Of a stretch of 64,000 bases of DNA, positions 1-14,816 are shown in pieces. The number at the start of each line of letters is the position of its first letter. Within the stretch, counting starts at the first letter, position 1. The position numbers and the translations under genes are program-made. The stretch is from Bugula neritina (Eukaryota > Animalia > Bryozoa), in the NCBI GenBank assembly GCA_964035545.1, contig OZ037765.1, positions 19,282,995 through 19,346,994 on the forward strand, in the 5' to 3' direction. The notes under the pieces were generated by a model. It worked only from the letters and a program-made list of their open reading frames with translations, was not told the DNA's origin and searched no databases.

Positions 1-1386
1 ACAGTGGCAGTTGCATATCAACTAGTGTGATTGACCTGTACGCTCACTGCACAGGCCAATCAACGTATGGAAGTAGATAATTACTGTCACACGGTTGAAT
101 CCCTTGATCTGCTAGGGCCTAGGTACTAAATATGTTAGAACAAAAATAGCAACTGCGTAATACATTCTAGTGCCACTCAGCAGGTAGTGTCAGTTCTATT
201 CATCCATAAACCTCTGAAATGCTTTGCACATATTTCTATAATCTGCTTCTATGCAGTATTTGAGATCAAAGAACAATTTTGTAGTATGATAGTTGATAAG
301 GACATTGCTGGAGCAGTTGTCTACATACTTGAACATAATATCATACATACATACCTGAATGTTTGTCTGAAAGCTCTCGAGCTATAAATACAACTATTTC
401 ATCATTTGAAAGTTAGTTTGTGTTTGCAATGTAATCGTACAAATTAATGTAATTTTCTAAATAAGTAATGACTGGCCATGCTGCAATAATGAAAATTTGG
501 GAAATAAAGCTCCATGATTATCGAAAGATATCACTAAAATATAATATATTTGACAGATGCTGGTAAACAAATAAGACATAGTTTAAAAATATACAACTCA
601 AAAGGTCATTCTACTAAGAAAAACAAGTAAAACTGGAAATAATTATAGAACACACATCTCATCAGCTTATTATATTATAAATCAAATAATATAAAATCAG
701 AGGTTTTATTATAAGAAGTAACCAGAAACTGATCCCAGAGAAAACTCTTGCTCTTATTTATATTTGAATAATGGAAAGCAACAAAAACAAAATAACCCTT
801 TGAAGTTGTTTTTTCTATGCATAGTCTCTATCCTCTTTGTATTGTAGGTTACTCAGAGGGCTGTGGAAAGTCTACAATGAGATATTCATTTACATTATGT
901 ATATGATATGTAATATATACTGTTCCTTTTTCACATAATGACATAATAGCAGGTTGCTGAAACAACCATGGGGAATGAGTTAGGACGCTTTCAGATTCCC
1001 TACGCTTAGGGGTAACTGTAGGCCCCACGCGATGACCATTCGGTAACCATCACGCGTAGAGCGCAATTATTCAAGCAATTACAGTAATTTTACTCTGACA
1101 TTGCATCATTTTTTGTAAACGGGTGTAAGTGATAGACTAGGTAGTTACCCCTACGCGTACCCAGGGTACCCTTGGTTACCGAATACGAGTACCCTGGCAT
1201 CGACTAAAGTATTAGCCTTAGTAACTGCTGTTAATTGTTTATGACTCAATACACAAAAGAATAGACACTTAGTGTCAAATTTTCTATTAAGGCTAATAAA
1301 GCTTCAACCATAAAACCTTGCAAAAATTTCCACTATAATAGGTATAGACTACAGAAACATTTGAAGTATAATATTTGCATAGTTAC

Positions 1387-4300
1387 TTAGTGATAACCAG
1401 CAGCTAGATTAGACACCCTAGCCATGAGACTAGTGGCAGATTTCTTACTTAGCAGAAGTTCTTTAAACCATTCTGTAACACCGACATCGGGGTCCTTATC
1501 TATCATCACACTGACTGACTTTCTAAGAAGTGGCTTGCTCACCTGATTTGAAAACATAAACAATAAAATAAAATAGTTATACTATATTCATGTTTTAGAA
1601 TAAGGATTTGGTTGACATTAGACGGCAAAATTGAAAGAATCTATAAATATATTTCACAGCTTAGAACAACTATAAGCTTCTTTGAAACAGGTATTCTCTA
1701 GCTGCAAAAATTAGCACTTTTGAGTTATTTCTTGCTATACTTTTTTTAGCCTATTCATTGGTTTCCAATGAAATAATGTATGTTTTAAAGCCTAATTATT
1801 ACTAAACATGATATTGCAAGATGCCTGTTCTGGAAAATTATAAATAGAGTATCTATTTGTACAAAATCATAGTCTGGCTACTGACATCCCAGACACCCAC
1901 CAGTTTGTCTACTAAGTTAATTGATGTCTTTCAACATTGTGATAAGACATAAAAATGATAGAATTTTTTGCTACACAAAAATGGGAAAGTAGGTGATCCT
2001 TCGTTGCAGCATATTAAACAGAAACAAATAAATTATGCTGATTATTACATTTTAAATTTAAAAGTTAGACTAAAAAAAATCCCCACTAAAAGTAAAGCTT
2101 ACGATAAATAAGCAGTAAAATCTATAGAAATAATAAACAAGTTACAACTGTATATGCAGAAGGCACATTGATCTGAAATTGACATAGTCAAGATGAAATG
2201 TGCTGGTAAAAAAGAAAAATGTAAATAATATGTAGAAAATATTTAGTGCTGTAGGTAATGCTGGTAAATTGTATAGGAAGTATTAACATAATTGACTATT
2301 GAAATATTAGGTCCACATCACTATTACTTACTTTTCTGGCATTGGGAGTTGTAGGAAATGCATCAAAATAGATAATTCTTGCAGCCCTCTGGGAGTCATT
2401 CAACTACAAGGAAGTGTATACATAATCACATTGAACAAATAGACACATAATTTCATAGTAAGTTTACCATAATAGAATGGCAACCAGCAGACACTCAAAC
2501 TGTTTTAGTCAAAGCTAGCTGCACATATAGGTAACAACGTCAATAAACAAATAAATGGCTTGCTCACTCTTACATAATTTAAACAAAATACTTTATTTTT
2601 ATATCATTTTTTTTAATTTTGATGGAACCGTCTCCTTTTGAGAGTCAAAATACGGTATGAAAGGCCAATTTTTGTTTTATTGACAATATCGTTAAATATT
2701 TATCCGTTTAATAGTTTTTAATAAAATACAAATATTTTAAGACATACTATAACTGAACAACTAGAATAGATCAACTTAATAATTTACACAGAAACTTATG
2801 AAGGCTTAAAATGCTGGTATAGGCCTACTGGGTAAGTATGTAATAGCATATGATAATTAGAACACACAGCAAATATATGTAAATAACTTTATTTAAAGAT
2901 GAAAAAATGTATCCTCACCCCATTCTTTACAGAGAATTCAAAGATATCTTTATCACTAGGCTTGCTCGCTCCTGGTTTCAATCTAACAAAATAAGAAAAT
3001 AATACAAAATATTGATTATAACATAAAAACAAGATAATGCCAATGAGGTAGTATAGTACTTTGCTAAACCATAAAAACATCTTTTACTTTTATTGAGTAA
3101 TAAAAGACAAGTAATCAAAAGGTTTTAGCTTATTTTCTAACCAATTAGATTGCTTAAAACCCCATGTCAAACTTAAACAGTAGCGAACTGTTGAAAAACT
3201 CTTAAACATTATGTCAAACTCATACAAGATCTCACGCTTGTAGCACACTGTTGAAAGGGTTGAGTACAAATGATTTTAGCTGACTCACTTTATACAGTAA
3301 GTTACTTCATCGCCCAGAATGTCACTGTTCCTTCCACTAACCACCTATGAAGCAAAACAATTGATGCTAGCCACCAAGTTCTACCAAGTACAAAATAACT
3401 GAACAGTAGTACGGTTTTGTAAAGTTTCACTAGCTTAAAATTACAAAATACTGTGGAAAGTCAGTATTTCAGAACCTGCTAGCACAGAACAAACAGGCTA
3501 CCATCTTGGCAATGAGAGAAAATACTGGCCTTATAACTCAATCCTAGTATATATAGGCATAAAGATATGCAAGCATAGGCACAATACAATGAAGGTGATA
3601 TGTTGTATATCATACAAATGAAGAAAATATACAAGAATACACACCGACACATCTTTTACTCCAGAAAATTTTGAGATGACCTCTTCAATTGGACCAGGGT
3701 AAATAACATCTCCAAATACTTTAAACCTAATAGCATCAGCAGTTCTTCCTTTTATTATAAAAGTCCCATCTGGGTACATCATACCCATATCTCTGAAACA
3801 CAAGTACCAAATCACGCTACAGCTCAATGCCTTTTGCAAAAAACAAAGTAAGCTTTATAAGTTGCTTCAATTAACGAAAAATATTAGGCATTATACCAAC
3901 CCAGTCCTAAAGTAACCATCATCAGTAAATGCAGCTCTGGTTTTCTCAGGTAGTCCTCTATAGCTTTTAAAAATGCTGCAAGTTTTTACCAAAATCTCCC
4001 CATCTGTGCCAATATCAGCAGTCTCATTGTTTTCATCAACCAGTTTCACCTAAGAAACCAAGTAACAAATTTTCAGGTTCTCTATTTAGTCCATCACCAA
4101 TAACAGCTTATAACTAACTTATTACAACTCATAAACAGCTTTTTCTAAAAATACAACAGTTTCTCATCGAAATTATTATGGTTTTTAGAATAAAACCGGC
4201 CAGGGTTTACCAGCTTTGATAGGTAAATAACAAAACATATGCTGAATATTTTTTGTTAGATGAAAAATGCTTGAATCACATAACGTTCATACACCACTAC

Positions 4301-7300
4301 AATAGCAGTTACTTATGCTGGTAAAGCAGGGTTTCATTGGTTGTTCTAAAATAGATCATCAATAAGAGCACTCTATTTTGATGATAATGAGCAATCCCTA
4401 AATTCTTTAGACATGTCAAAAAATTTGACAAGAATCAGCTACATCAATATTTGCCAAATGTTATTTTGCTTAGAAGGTTGAATTACTTTAAAATGTTGGG
4501 GCTGCTTTCAATAGACATATGCATACCTCAATGTTCTTCTTGGGATATAGTCTTGAATCTAACATTAGTTCAAGGTCAGAGGGCTGGTCACCTAGCGTCG
4601 TGTAGGCTATTGCGAAGGTCTCACACATACCATATAACGTCTAAACAGATAGAGAACCATAAACAAATGATAAACAGTGACTTTGATCAAGATTTGTAAG
4701 GTTGGGTGCATGAGAATGGTAACTTACAAAGGGAATTCCTTGGAACACAGCTTTCAGGTTTTCTTTAAACTGCTTAGAAACTATTTGAGCACCATTAAGG
4801 AACAGCTGAACGGATGGCGACTTCATTTTCCAGTATGCTAAGCTGTTGGCGAACCTCTGTACCAACACAGGAGGTATAAGTAAATACTCCACCCTAATGA
4901 ATATTATTTTTTGTTTTATTTTAATTTCATCAAAAACTTTAATAAGAAAGTAGAAAAATATGGGGTGTAACCCAAAATGAGGTAATGATGGGGCCCACTC
5001 ATTTGCCAATAGCAAAGCTAGTAGAGAAGGGGGGGGGGACAAAATTGTAAAATATCTTTTAAAATATTATATTCTACTTTGTTTTTGATTAACTATTCCA
5101 TCGTTACCATTTACAAAACATAACTCAAGCTGTAGAATACAAGGATGTATTGAAGACGAGTAAATTATAAAAATATTTTTAAAGCTTGCAAATAATCACA
5201 ATATCGACACCTTTTACACAATAGACTAATAAAGGCAAAAATCAAGAGCAGCTGTAGATAAACAAATAACAATGGTATCGTTTTTATAATTTAGTCTCTA
5301 GATTTGCTAGGAGAAAGTAATTTTGTGTCTCTCTAAAGCCTGCTATAAGAGTTTCATAAAACCCAAAAAACTTCCAATGATAAATTCTCACAAAACTTTC
5401 CAAGTATAATTGAACATGAACATAACAGTGCTGAGTTACTTTACATTAAAACTTCCAATTACAATTTACTAACACTATTTGTGTTATGAGATGCAAATAG
5501 TTGTAAAACTTAGCTGTTCAACCATTTTTAAAAGTTCAAAATTAGTAATTTTAAAGTAAAAACCCACAAAACTAAATGTAAACTTGTCTAATTTATTACC
5601 TCTACATACACATGTTATGCTGTGAGTTTTAAGTAATTGGGTACAAAATACTTTTTATCAAATTTGTAAGATGAACATACTTTGATATAGCTAACAAAAT
5701 GAAAAACCTCTACTTTAAGACTGCGTTGGGTTTCAAAATAGTTTCTGCTTTAAAAAATGCTTTTTGTTTCTAAAATGAAGCTAATTCAGAACTATATACT
5801 AGCCACAGATAACTTCCTAATTTTTGTGTAATCATCCTTAAGATATGATAAGTAAGCCTTACTTTTCTGACCACAAGTGATCAACACAGATTTTACCAAA
5901 CTCGTCCTGTGCTGATTCCTCCATCAGGTCTGGAGTCAGCACAACTTTGGAAAATTTTCCGGCCAAGGCAAAAGATATTATAGAATAACTAAGCAACTCA
6001 TCTACATTGAAGTTCACTGTAATAGCTGCCTGCAAATAAATAGAAGTCAACTAACTGTGGTGATCTATTACTGATATTAGTTGAGCCAGGAATCCATTAC
6101 TAACACTTTAATCAAAAATAGTTCAAGTAATTTTATTAGGCTTAAGTATTAGGGCTATCCTTGCACAAGTAGTGTAGTTCAATCCCAGAACCATTACTTG
6201 GTATAGCTATACTGGTTTGGTGCTTGAGCTGGTACCAGCAGTATTAACTTCAAAGTAAAGTACCACTTTCTGATAGCAAGTTTTTAATTATAAAAGTAAA
6301 ATTTGTGTACTTTTAATGCTGGTTTCAAAGTTTTATTTTTAGTATGCATGGAGAATGTTCATTAGTGTGCTGTTGCACATTTTATTATATCAAATCAATC
6401 AGCATACATATGCATAGTCGTGTGTGTGTGTGAGTGAGCCGCTTCATAATCATACTTATAAATATGTGCAGCTATCTATATCCATGTGAAATGTAAGTAA
6501 TATGAAGCATGTCGTAGCATATGTATCAGAAAAAGATGATAGGCCTATAGAGAATAGCGGATGAAAATAGGCATGCCCTTTTGTTTGTACCAAAAATATG
6601 ATTCTAAAATCAAATTTGCTAGTTTGTGTGATGAAGCGGTGATTAACAATCAAGAAAAAATCTTCAACGGAGAACCATGCAATATTGGTGCATAACAGAT
6701 TATCAGCTTCAAGTAGAATGGTTTATTAAAGCTAGTAAACCTACAGCACATTCAGTAGCCAAATATCTCTTTATATAAGTTATATTACTTACACAACCAA
6801 ATATTCATGTAGACTAAACCTAAAGTTTCAGCTCCACATAACTAATAAAATCATTTGAAATAATTTCTTGCTGGCATATTTCTCATACTTTTAAAAAAAT
6901 ATTTGATTTTGTAAGATATACTTTTAGTACCTAACTATATTTAACTATACTATAGGCCTACTATATAGTTTATTGTTTATGCAAAAAACCAGTACACTTA
7001 AAAGTTGAATGCAGATATAATCTACTAATGTGCATCTCCTATTTTAATCTTGATTTATTATTAAAAGTACCTCTAGGTTGTCAACCCGTAGCTGCAGCAG
7101 TTCATTGGCTACACCACTGTGGCAGTGGGCTATGCACTTTGGGTAGCCAGTGGTGCCCTACAACATTTATTGTAAATGGTAATGGCACATACGGAAATAT
7201 ACTCTACTGCCTTTACAAAAATTGTAGTTGCTCACAAATATGTAACATGACATTCAAATAACAAGTTGAAATTTACTTTGGTAAAATAATTTAGTCATTA

Positions 7301-9891
7301 TGGGTTACATACAGAAGTAAAGAGGTGATGGACAATATGATCTGGCTTTACACTCTTTCTAGCTTCTTCTAATTGTTGATCAGATATTGACTCTCCATAT
7401 TGTCTGAGTTTATCCAAGTTGTTTATAAACTTCTGAGTCGGAGATCTGTCTTTGTATGAGTTGTCATAGAATATGTGCTTCACATGAGGCAGTCTGCAAT
7501 TTGGGCAAAACAACCTAATTCAGTGATGCCTTTTAAAGGTAATTTTTTACATAGTGACAGATTATTATTTTTAATCTTTTTTACTATTAAACCATTATGG
7601 GTTTACAGTTCACAATATTTACTCAAATCATTTACCTTCTCCCAAAATTATGAAATATGTAAAAGAACTTGCCAAAAACATTTCAATTCAGTGGACCCGT
7701 AACAGTGTTTGAAATATACCGGGAACAGACTGCAAAATGCCTATAAATATAATACAGTATATAATGGGATATACTAGAGAGCAGCCGTGGTCTAAGGGCT
7801 GGAGTGGTTGCTTAGTAAGCACAAGGTCATGGGTTTGAGTCTAGACAAAGGCCATTGATGATGTTAGGAACAGCATCCAGTCATAATTGCTCCTGTGCCC
7901 CATTCGAATAAGTCCTTAACCTGCTTTAAAAAAACCTTTTCCATCAGAGGGTTTTCTCAGAGGAATGATGACTAAAAACCTGTGTGAGTTTTTTATATAC
8001 TGAAATATACTAACACGTCAGATCTAGGGGTCTCAGCTTCACTGCTGAACATATCTATTAAAGCTGTAAATATGTTTCCCTGGCGACCTTCACCCACAAT
8101 CACAATCTCTGACTCCAGTAAAGGAAGAATTCTCTTGACGGTGGTTTCCATTGGGTAGTAAATATAAGGATGCTAAAAGTAGCAGGTTTGAATAATAAAA
8201 CAGGGATAGGTTTGAATAGCACAGTATAGTCTAATAAGCAACTCAGCATACTGCTAAAAAATAATTTCATAAATATATTTTGGTGGTGTTAACTAGTTAA
8301 CTTAGCTACTGACAGTTTGTTGGGTAAATATTTTGCAAGCTCAATAAAATCTGTTAAAAGAATTTTCCACTCTTTAAAATATTCAATTTTATCTACTCAA
8401 TATAGTCCTGAATAGCCCGGTATGATACACAATTACCATGCAACAGCGCAGAACATTGATGGATGTGCCCTGCAAAAACAGTGTCATCTATAAAGTGTAG
8501 CTGACTTTATTTTTCTATTTGTAGATTTATTCAGAACATTGCTAGGTCATCACTCTATATACAATGCCTTTGGTAACTTCTTTTAAATGGAGTGCTGGGT
8601 TAAAAAACTGTTAAATGATGGTAATAAAATGTAGAATGGTACACGAAGTGTCCCATGTCTTGACCTAACAATGTTCTACAAACACATTCCCTCAATCATA
8701 GCTTTGAGCTGTAAACTCTACCAATCAGAATATGATTTAAAGAATAATAAACTTACAGCATATCCAACACCAATAGATATAGCAGCTGTAAACAGACAAG
8801 CAGCTTCTAGAGTTGGAACTCCAATTATTGTGAGAATATCTTTTCCAGGAGTAAGTCCTAAGGCTAACAAACCTTTTGCATATCCATCAGCCTAAAGAGA
8901 ATATACAAACCTTATAATTTAATGGCATGTTGACCCATATGTTGGATTGTTTTTAAGAAGTTATGAGCTATTGACTAAAGAGAATAGTTGAGTAGAGTTT
9001 TGAAAATAATACAAGCTTCTGATATGTCCGGCTAAAATAATCATTATGCCCAAAACAAAGTACCAGAAAGAAAGATGCTGCATAAATATGCAGTTTATGA
9101 AAAACTTGCTGGTACACTTGGCTACATTAAAGTATAAACTTTGAACAGATGGGCAAATTTTGAACACGTTTATTTATGCATTATATAATACTATTAAGAA
9201 GAAATCTTGGGAAATCAGCACTCGACCTAATAAATAACGAATAACAATGATGCAGACACTTCCTTTTTAAACTGTAGAATTCAGCATAGAAAAACCCCAT
9301 AGGATTTTAATACAAAAATGTTGGAAAGGTTTGACAGATGACGCTTCAATAAAAATATTACAATATTCAAGAGCATGCATATTATATAACCATACAATTT
9401 CATGTTGACGCTTTTAAATCCAGCGTTCTTATCTATCAGCTGTATAAAGTAGAGAACTAGGCATGAAATAACTAGAAACTGCTACTTATAGGTACACATA
9501 ATAATTTTACACAGGTTATTGACTTCCATGTACAACATAAATCTTTGAAAATAGACCCCAGACTTCAATAACAAAATGTAGAATGCAAAAGAAGCCACTG
9601 TAGATAATTTATACCGGCAGAATTGAATGTCAGAATAAAATTGAAACCACTCAAGCTTCAACTACTTATTGTACTAAAACCAGTTCAATATGTCATGTAT
9701 CAGTAGATCTATTTCACCTTATCATAGACTTGACTAGCTGTCATTCTCTCCATAGTCTCTAAGTTAACCAACTCTCCATTATTTCCTTCCTTTCTGGCTT
9801 TCTCAAACAGCTGGTAAAGTACCAGATCCTCTTGTACTGGATGTTTAGGATCATGTGTGTTGACATAACTTTTAGTCAGGGGTTCAGACAT
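1387..9891 (-). CDS. AMP-dependent synthetase/ligase (ANL superfamily; ACSF2/4CL/luciferase-like), 14 coding exons, ~608 aa
   Basis: Phase-consistent GT-AG exons: 9718-9891, 8757-8891, 8015-8172, 7313-7493, 7071-7157, 5863-6029, 4728-4893, 4527-4640, 3901-4049, 3645-3792, 3289-3344, 2919-2982, 2332-2403, 1387-1542 (1827 nt). Motifs: P-loop FTS|GTTGYPK, A5 YGMCE, GEILVK, A7 YFRTG|D, A8 GRTADAI..IYPGPIEE, A10 FPTTPNARK. Confidence 0.9.
7777..7994 (+). mobile_element. tRNA-Thr(AGT)-derived SINE, copy 1
   Basis: ~215-bp repeat found 6 times in the window. Head gcagccgtggtcta..gcttAGTaagc..gggtttgagt has A/B boxes and an anticodon loop. Shared body aggaagagcatccagtcataattgctcctgtgc; T-run end; possible atatact TSD. 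Confidence 0.85.
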
Positions 9892-10413
9892 TGCTATAAA
9901 ATTACCAAGCTATAGCAAACCAAGTAAAGATTTGTTTATTTATAATCAATCCTTTTTTACTATGGAGTTTCCAAAATCTTGCAAATTAATTTTTAGTCTA
10001 AGAACATTTTCAGCTAATAGTAAAATAAAAGCATAGACTGCAATATCTGTAAATTCATCAACTGCCTTGAATGAGAATATACTACTTTTTGCTTAAATTA
10101 TCTCTAGCTACAGCATGCAGAATAAAAATGAAATAATCATGTATCAATAAACAATAACAAAAATCTAATAAAGTGTATTGCAAAATATTTAGAACAACAG
10201 GTTTTTGTCGATAATTAAGGATCTCAACAACTTCTGAATATAAATTTAGTTTTGGGAATTGCAATTACCAAGCTAAGACACTGGCTACAATTATATCTGT
10301 ACCTTTCACTATGCTACTGCAGTGTTCCCTAGCGCAGTACTTGCATTCGCTTCTCTAACTATGTATTTTTAGAAGAATGTGTGTAGTAATTATTTGTTTT
10401 CATTGTAATTGTA

Positions 10414-10632
10414 TAAAACTCACGCAAGTTTATAGTCACTATCTCTGTGAGAAACCCATGATAGAAATGGTTTTTGTTAAATCGGGCTAAGGATTTATTC
10501 AGATAGTGCACAAGAGCAAATAATAATTGGATGCTCTTCCTAACATTACCAATAGCCTTCACTGGGGTTCGAACCCATAACTTTGTGCTTACTAAGCCAT
10601 TCGTTCTAACCCCTAGATCACAGCTTCTCCCT
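10414..10632 (-). mobile_element. tRNA-derived SINE, copy 2
   Basis: Reverse-complement match to the same family, with an intact B box GGTTCGAACCC. Confidence 0.85.
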
Positions 10633-11959
10633 TTTAATGCAACTGAATATAGTTTCTTAGACATGGAAATCATTTGTTATTTCAAGTTAGCTTTACTTTT
10701 TATTGATCGTTAATTTTTTTTAAAACATCAATCGTCATTATGTTACAATAATAAATTCTACCCATATGAAACTACTTATAACTACATTTTAGCCTTTTGT
10801 TTATTTAAATTCTATGGACACTGCCACAAATATTCAAGTCACACTTTCAACCTTTTGAGCAGGAGCAAATAATAGTAAAACGACAACATAAATATGTTGA
10901 CGAATTGATTTACTGCAGAGATTAGGTTTGTTGAGCAAAAGGTATTTTTCGGACAAATTGAATAAAAATGGTACTAGACTAGCCAAATATTGTTTACATT
11001 TTCAACATTAAAAAAAGATAACTCCACATTCAAATGTAAAAATTTCTGTAAATTTTGCATATTACTGTTTCTACAAGCAACCAACATGCCCTTTTAAAGT
11101 TAGACCTCTGACACAGAAACTATAAAAAGCAACTAAATCAAATGCTTCATTAGTAATGAAGCGTTTGAAAGCAACAGCACTAGTTTTCATGTTAGGATGA
11201 CAATTGCCTATAAGAAACAAACCATAGTTGCATTTTTATAAGTCAATTATTTTTCTACTAGGTTTTCGTTCTATGTAAAAATAGTAGCCAGCATGCAATG
11301 ATGCTTTGCCAATATGACCTCTTTAGACATCCAGTATGAAAATATTATCATGAGCTATTTTAGACAAATTTACCAATACAGATGAAGTCATTGTACACAC
11401 CCTGTACACTGCTGGCCCCAATTTATATGATTTGGATATAAAAACCAGAAATATACACATAATTTAACAGGAATTACTAATTAGATACTTGCCTTAGATT
11501 GTTATTTCTCTTTTTCAAAGCTGAGTAGTTGCAGCCTAACAGTCAAGATTTCCAGACAGATCCCACGAATATTCCTGTTTCCAGCTATCCTAAATATGTA
11601 AAAGGTAAAAAATTAAATACCAACTGTGACAGTATAGTTACTTGAGTAATGTTGTTTGTTACTGAGTATATTCAAGGTTTTTAAAATAGGCACAAAAGTT
11701 CGTTAATTTAAATTTACTCCTAATATCATCCATACTTTTTGAATAAATAATCATCAGTTTTACCACTAAGCAAAGTTTTACACTATATAGCTCTTGCTAC
11801 AAAAACTTGGACTGATTCAAAGCAGATTGACGGATACACTTTGCTGCAGGACAACACAGTTAATTTTTAAACTAGAAACAAAAAATCAACTTTAAGCTAA
11901 AATTTATAAAGTAGCTATGAATGGAGAGGAATAAAGATATTGCAAAAGATGATTCACTG

Positions 11960-12230
11960 TTAGATCCAATTTCTTACCTTACCTCTACTGATTGTATCAA
12001 AGTCTTACCTTAAAACTTCTGCTTAAATCAATTTAGCTTCAATCACACTGAACGGTATTAAAAAGCAAAGCAGAGCAGTAATTATCGCGCTGCTCATAGA
12101 AGACAGTGAAACAACAATGTCACTAATATCAAGTGGAGACAGTGATTAATATTTCAAAAGTACAGCTAGTGTCATTTTTGGATTAATTCAAACCATATAA
12201 AACCCAGCCAATCAGGATCCAGTACCAAAT
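11960..12230 (-). promoter_or_regulatory. Possible first (non-coding) exon/promoter region of the AMP-dependent synthetase
   Basis: Minus-strand GTAAG donors (cttac) near 11975 and 12005; CCAAT box (agccaatca) at ~12206. No transcript evidence. Confidence 0.3.
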
Positions 12231-14816
12231 ATGAAATCTCAGCTAATGTAGAATTTATTTACTAGTGATGTATTATGAAATGGTTATTTGACAAGCAGTT
12301 GGGAAACACTAGAATGACACTGATTAGTCGGGTTTAATAATTAGTTTATCTATCAGTTCTGTTAATCCTTGTGTATGATTAGATTTAGCAGCAATCTATA
12401 CATTAATCTATCATGATATGCATATTTAGGGCTATTAGGAATTAGTATTGTAAAATATCATATTGAAAGTAAGATTTTACCTTAGATTTTAATGCTATAT
12501 GATAGCAAACTTTGTTAGAAATCTATTCCATTAAGCTTGCATTAAAGTGATGGAACTGGAAGTTTTGTTAATATGCTCACTAGCACTCACTGCCTTATAC
12601 TTAAAGTAGATGAGAAGTGACAAAAAGCAGTTGCTATAGCAGACAATAAAAAACCAATGAACAGTGAAATTCCATTACAAAAGAAACAAAAGTTTGCAGA
12701 TAAATACACAAAATCTATGACTAACATAAAGTATTTGTACTATGTACTGCTACAATAGAGAATTATGGGTTTATTGCATATGGGTTCTGCATACTCCAAC
12801 AAATTTATAATACAATAAATGTTTGATAGACTAGGTAGAGGTAATACAAACTTTGGTTAGCAGACCAAATTTAGCTCGCTGGATTGTAACGAAAATTTCT
12901 CACACCTATCAGCTTCAAAGGTTTTAATGACTTGTCATGCAAGAATACCATATATATATAACATAGTATTTGTGCAAAATAACTTTTAACTTAATTGAGA
13001 TTTCAAGGCACTTTAGTCAATTTGATGATTTTTATAAGCAAATTTAGTTGACAAGGTATTCTAAAATATATAATCATCAAACAATAGATTTAACCAGCTC
13101 AGTATAAAATTGCCCAATGACACTGCAACAGCTAGCTACAGCCATTAGATAATTTTCTAATATTTCTAAGACATTTACATTTTGAAGTTGTCTTCTCAGT
13201 AGGTACTGCTGTAAATGACATCTTAGCAGTTTTATATGGAACAAGAACTGCTGGTTATTTGACCCCGGATGGAATATCTCTAGGATCAACAATAGTAAAA
13301 CAAGTTAGTTAACAAACTACCATAAAAATAAGTCGTTTGGTGACTGAATAGTAATATGAATAACAGGAGATGAAGTAGTAGACAGTACCCTTTCTCAGAT
13401 TACTTAGTAAGTACAATATGCATTATGGAAACTAAATAAAACACAATGAGGTTAGTAAAAGCTCGGAATGAGTTGGGCTTTATTATTTTGAAAAATTGAT
13501 AAAGATACTCCTAATCTTTATCAATTTATCAGGTAGAGGAGTGGATCTGGATTGACTGAAAAAAAAACCACAGAGAGCAAGAGGAGATGCTAATCTAAAG
13601 TATGAATGAAGAAGCTGACGCGACATATAAAAAGTCACAGCATATGGGGTGAAAATAAAAATACTATTCTTTATGATAGAAGCATTTGGGGCACATGAGA
13701 AACATTCTGTAAGTCTCTCCACCCACATAGTAATCATTTCCACTGTGCAGTATTACGAGTATTTATATCAGGGCTTCTCAACAGGTAGCCCGAGGACTGC
13801 ATACAGAACACCTGACCTAAATTTACTTGACCCTCTAAGGCATAACAAGTTACAATTATTGTTCATCAATAGTTTCAACTAGTCTGTATGTACAGCCCCA
13901 GTCAGTTATTTAAAATCAAGTTCCAGGAAATTCCTATATACATGCGAGACAACATATTTTAAGACTTTACTTTACTTTTACATATGAAATAGCGCTGTTC
14001 CAAATTTCCAAATGCTAATGTTTAGACCGCAACAACTAAAAAATGATTCATTTCAAAGAAGGCGAGTTGTAGGAAGGTTGATCTCGAGGGAAGGGCTTTT
14101 AAAAATAGTTAAAAACTTCATTTTTTCAAACACCTTTCAGAAAGTAGTGCATTTGTGATATACAGCCAGTTAAATTTTGTACTAAAATCTATCCAAACAT
14201 TGCAACACAAAGCACAGTAAGTTTGATGAAAACTCAGGATGTGAAAGCCAGAAGTTTGATTCTTTATCAGCAAAGCTGCTTCAATAGCAGACACAAGTTA
14301 CTAGATGAAATCAGTGAAAAAATTTATCAAATTTGTAGGCTGACCATTGCAGAATAAATTGGCGAAGGAGAATTTTAATTTCAGCATTGTAAATTTGCAA
14401 AATCAAACATGACAATTTTTAAACAATTTTTTTTTAACAAGCATGCAGAAATTTTAACATCAAATTCTAAGCTAATCTCGGTTTCAGGGTTATGGATACA
14501 TGTGACTTGCAAAAGAAAGATCACACGAAACAATACAAAAAAACATTTCCAGCTGCAGGAACTTGGAACTAACAAAGTTATGACAAAAATTAAATTGACA
14601 TATGGGTTTTGCTTCTTGAAGATTTTGTTCACAGGAAACGTTTTTATACCAGATAAAATTTGTTGTATCTATCTAGATAATATTTTTGACACAAACCAAT
14701 CCAACTTTCACATTGATTACTCAGAATTATTATATTTTCCACAATAGCTTTAAAATTTATATATAACTTTATATATTTAGATTAACAATTATGTAGAATA
14801 CTAAATGATTTGAAAA

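Noticed and set aside
1-400. ORF 187..387 and possible exon at the window start
   Set aside because: No recognisable motif or consistent splice chain.
7636-7740. Minus-strand HCYGSTE peptide resembling the A5 motif, suggesting an extra exon or pseudogene
   Set aside because: It is in the wrong position. Exons 8015-8172 and 7313-7493 join in frame without it, and the true A5 (YGMCE) is at ~4625.
7777-7850. tRNA-Thr gene calls at the SINE heads
   Set aside because: The acceptor stem is incomplete and each head continues into the same SINE body.
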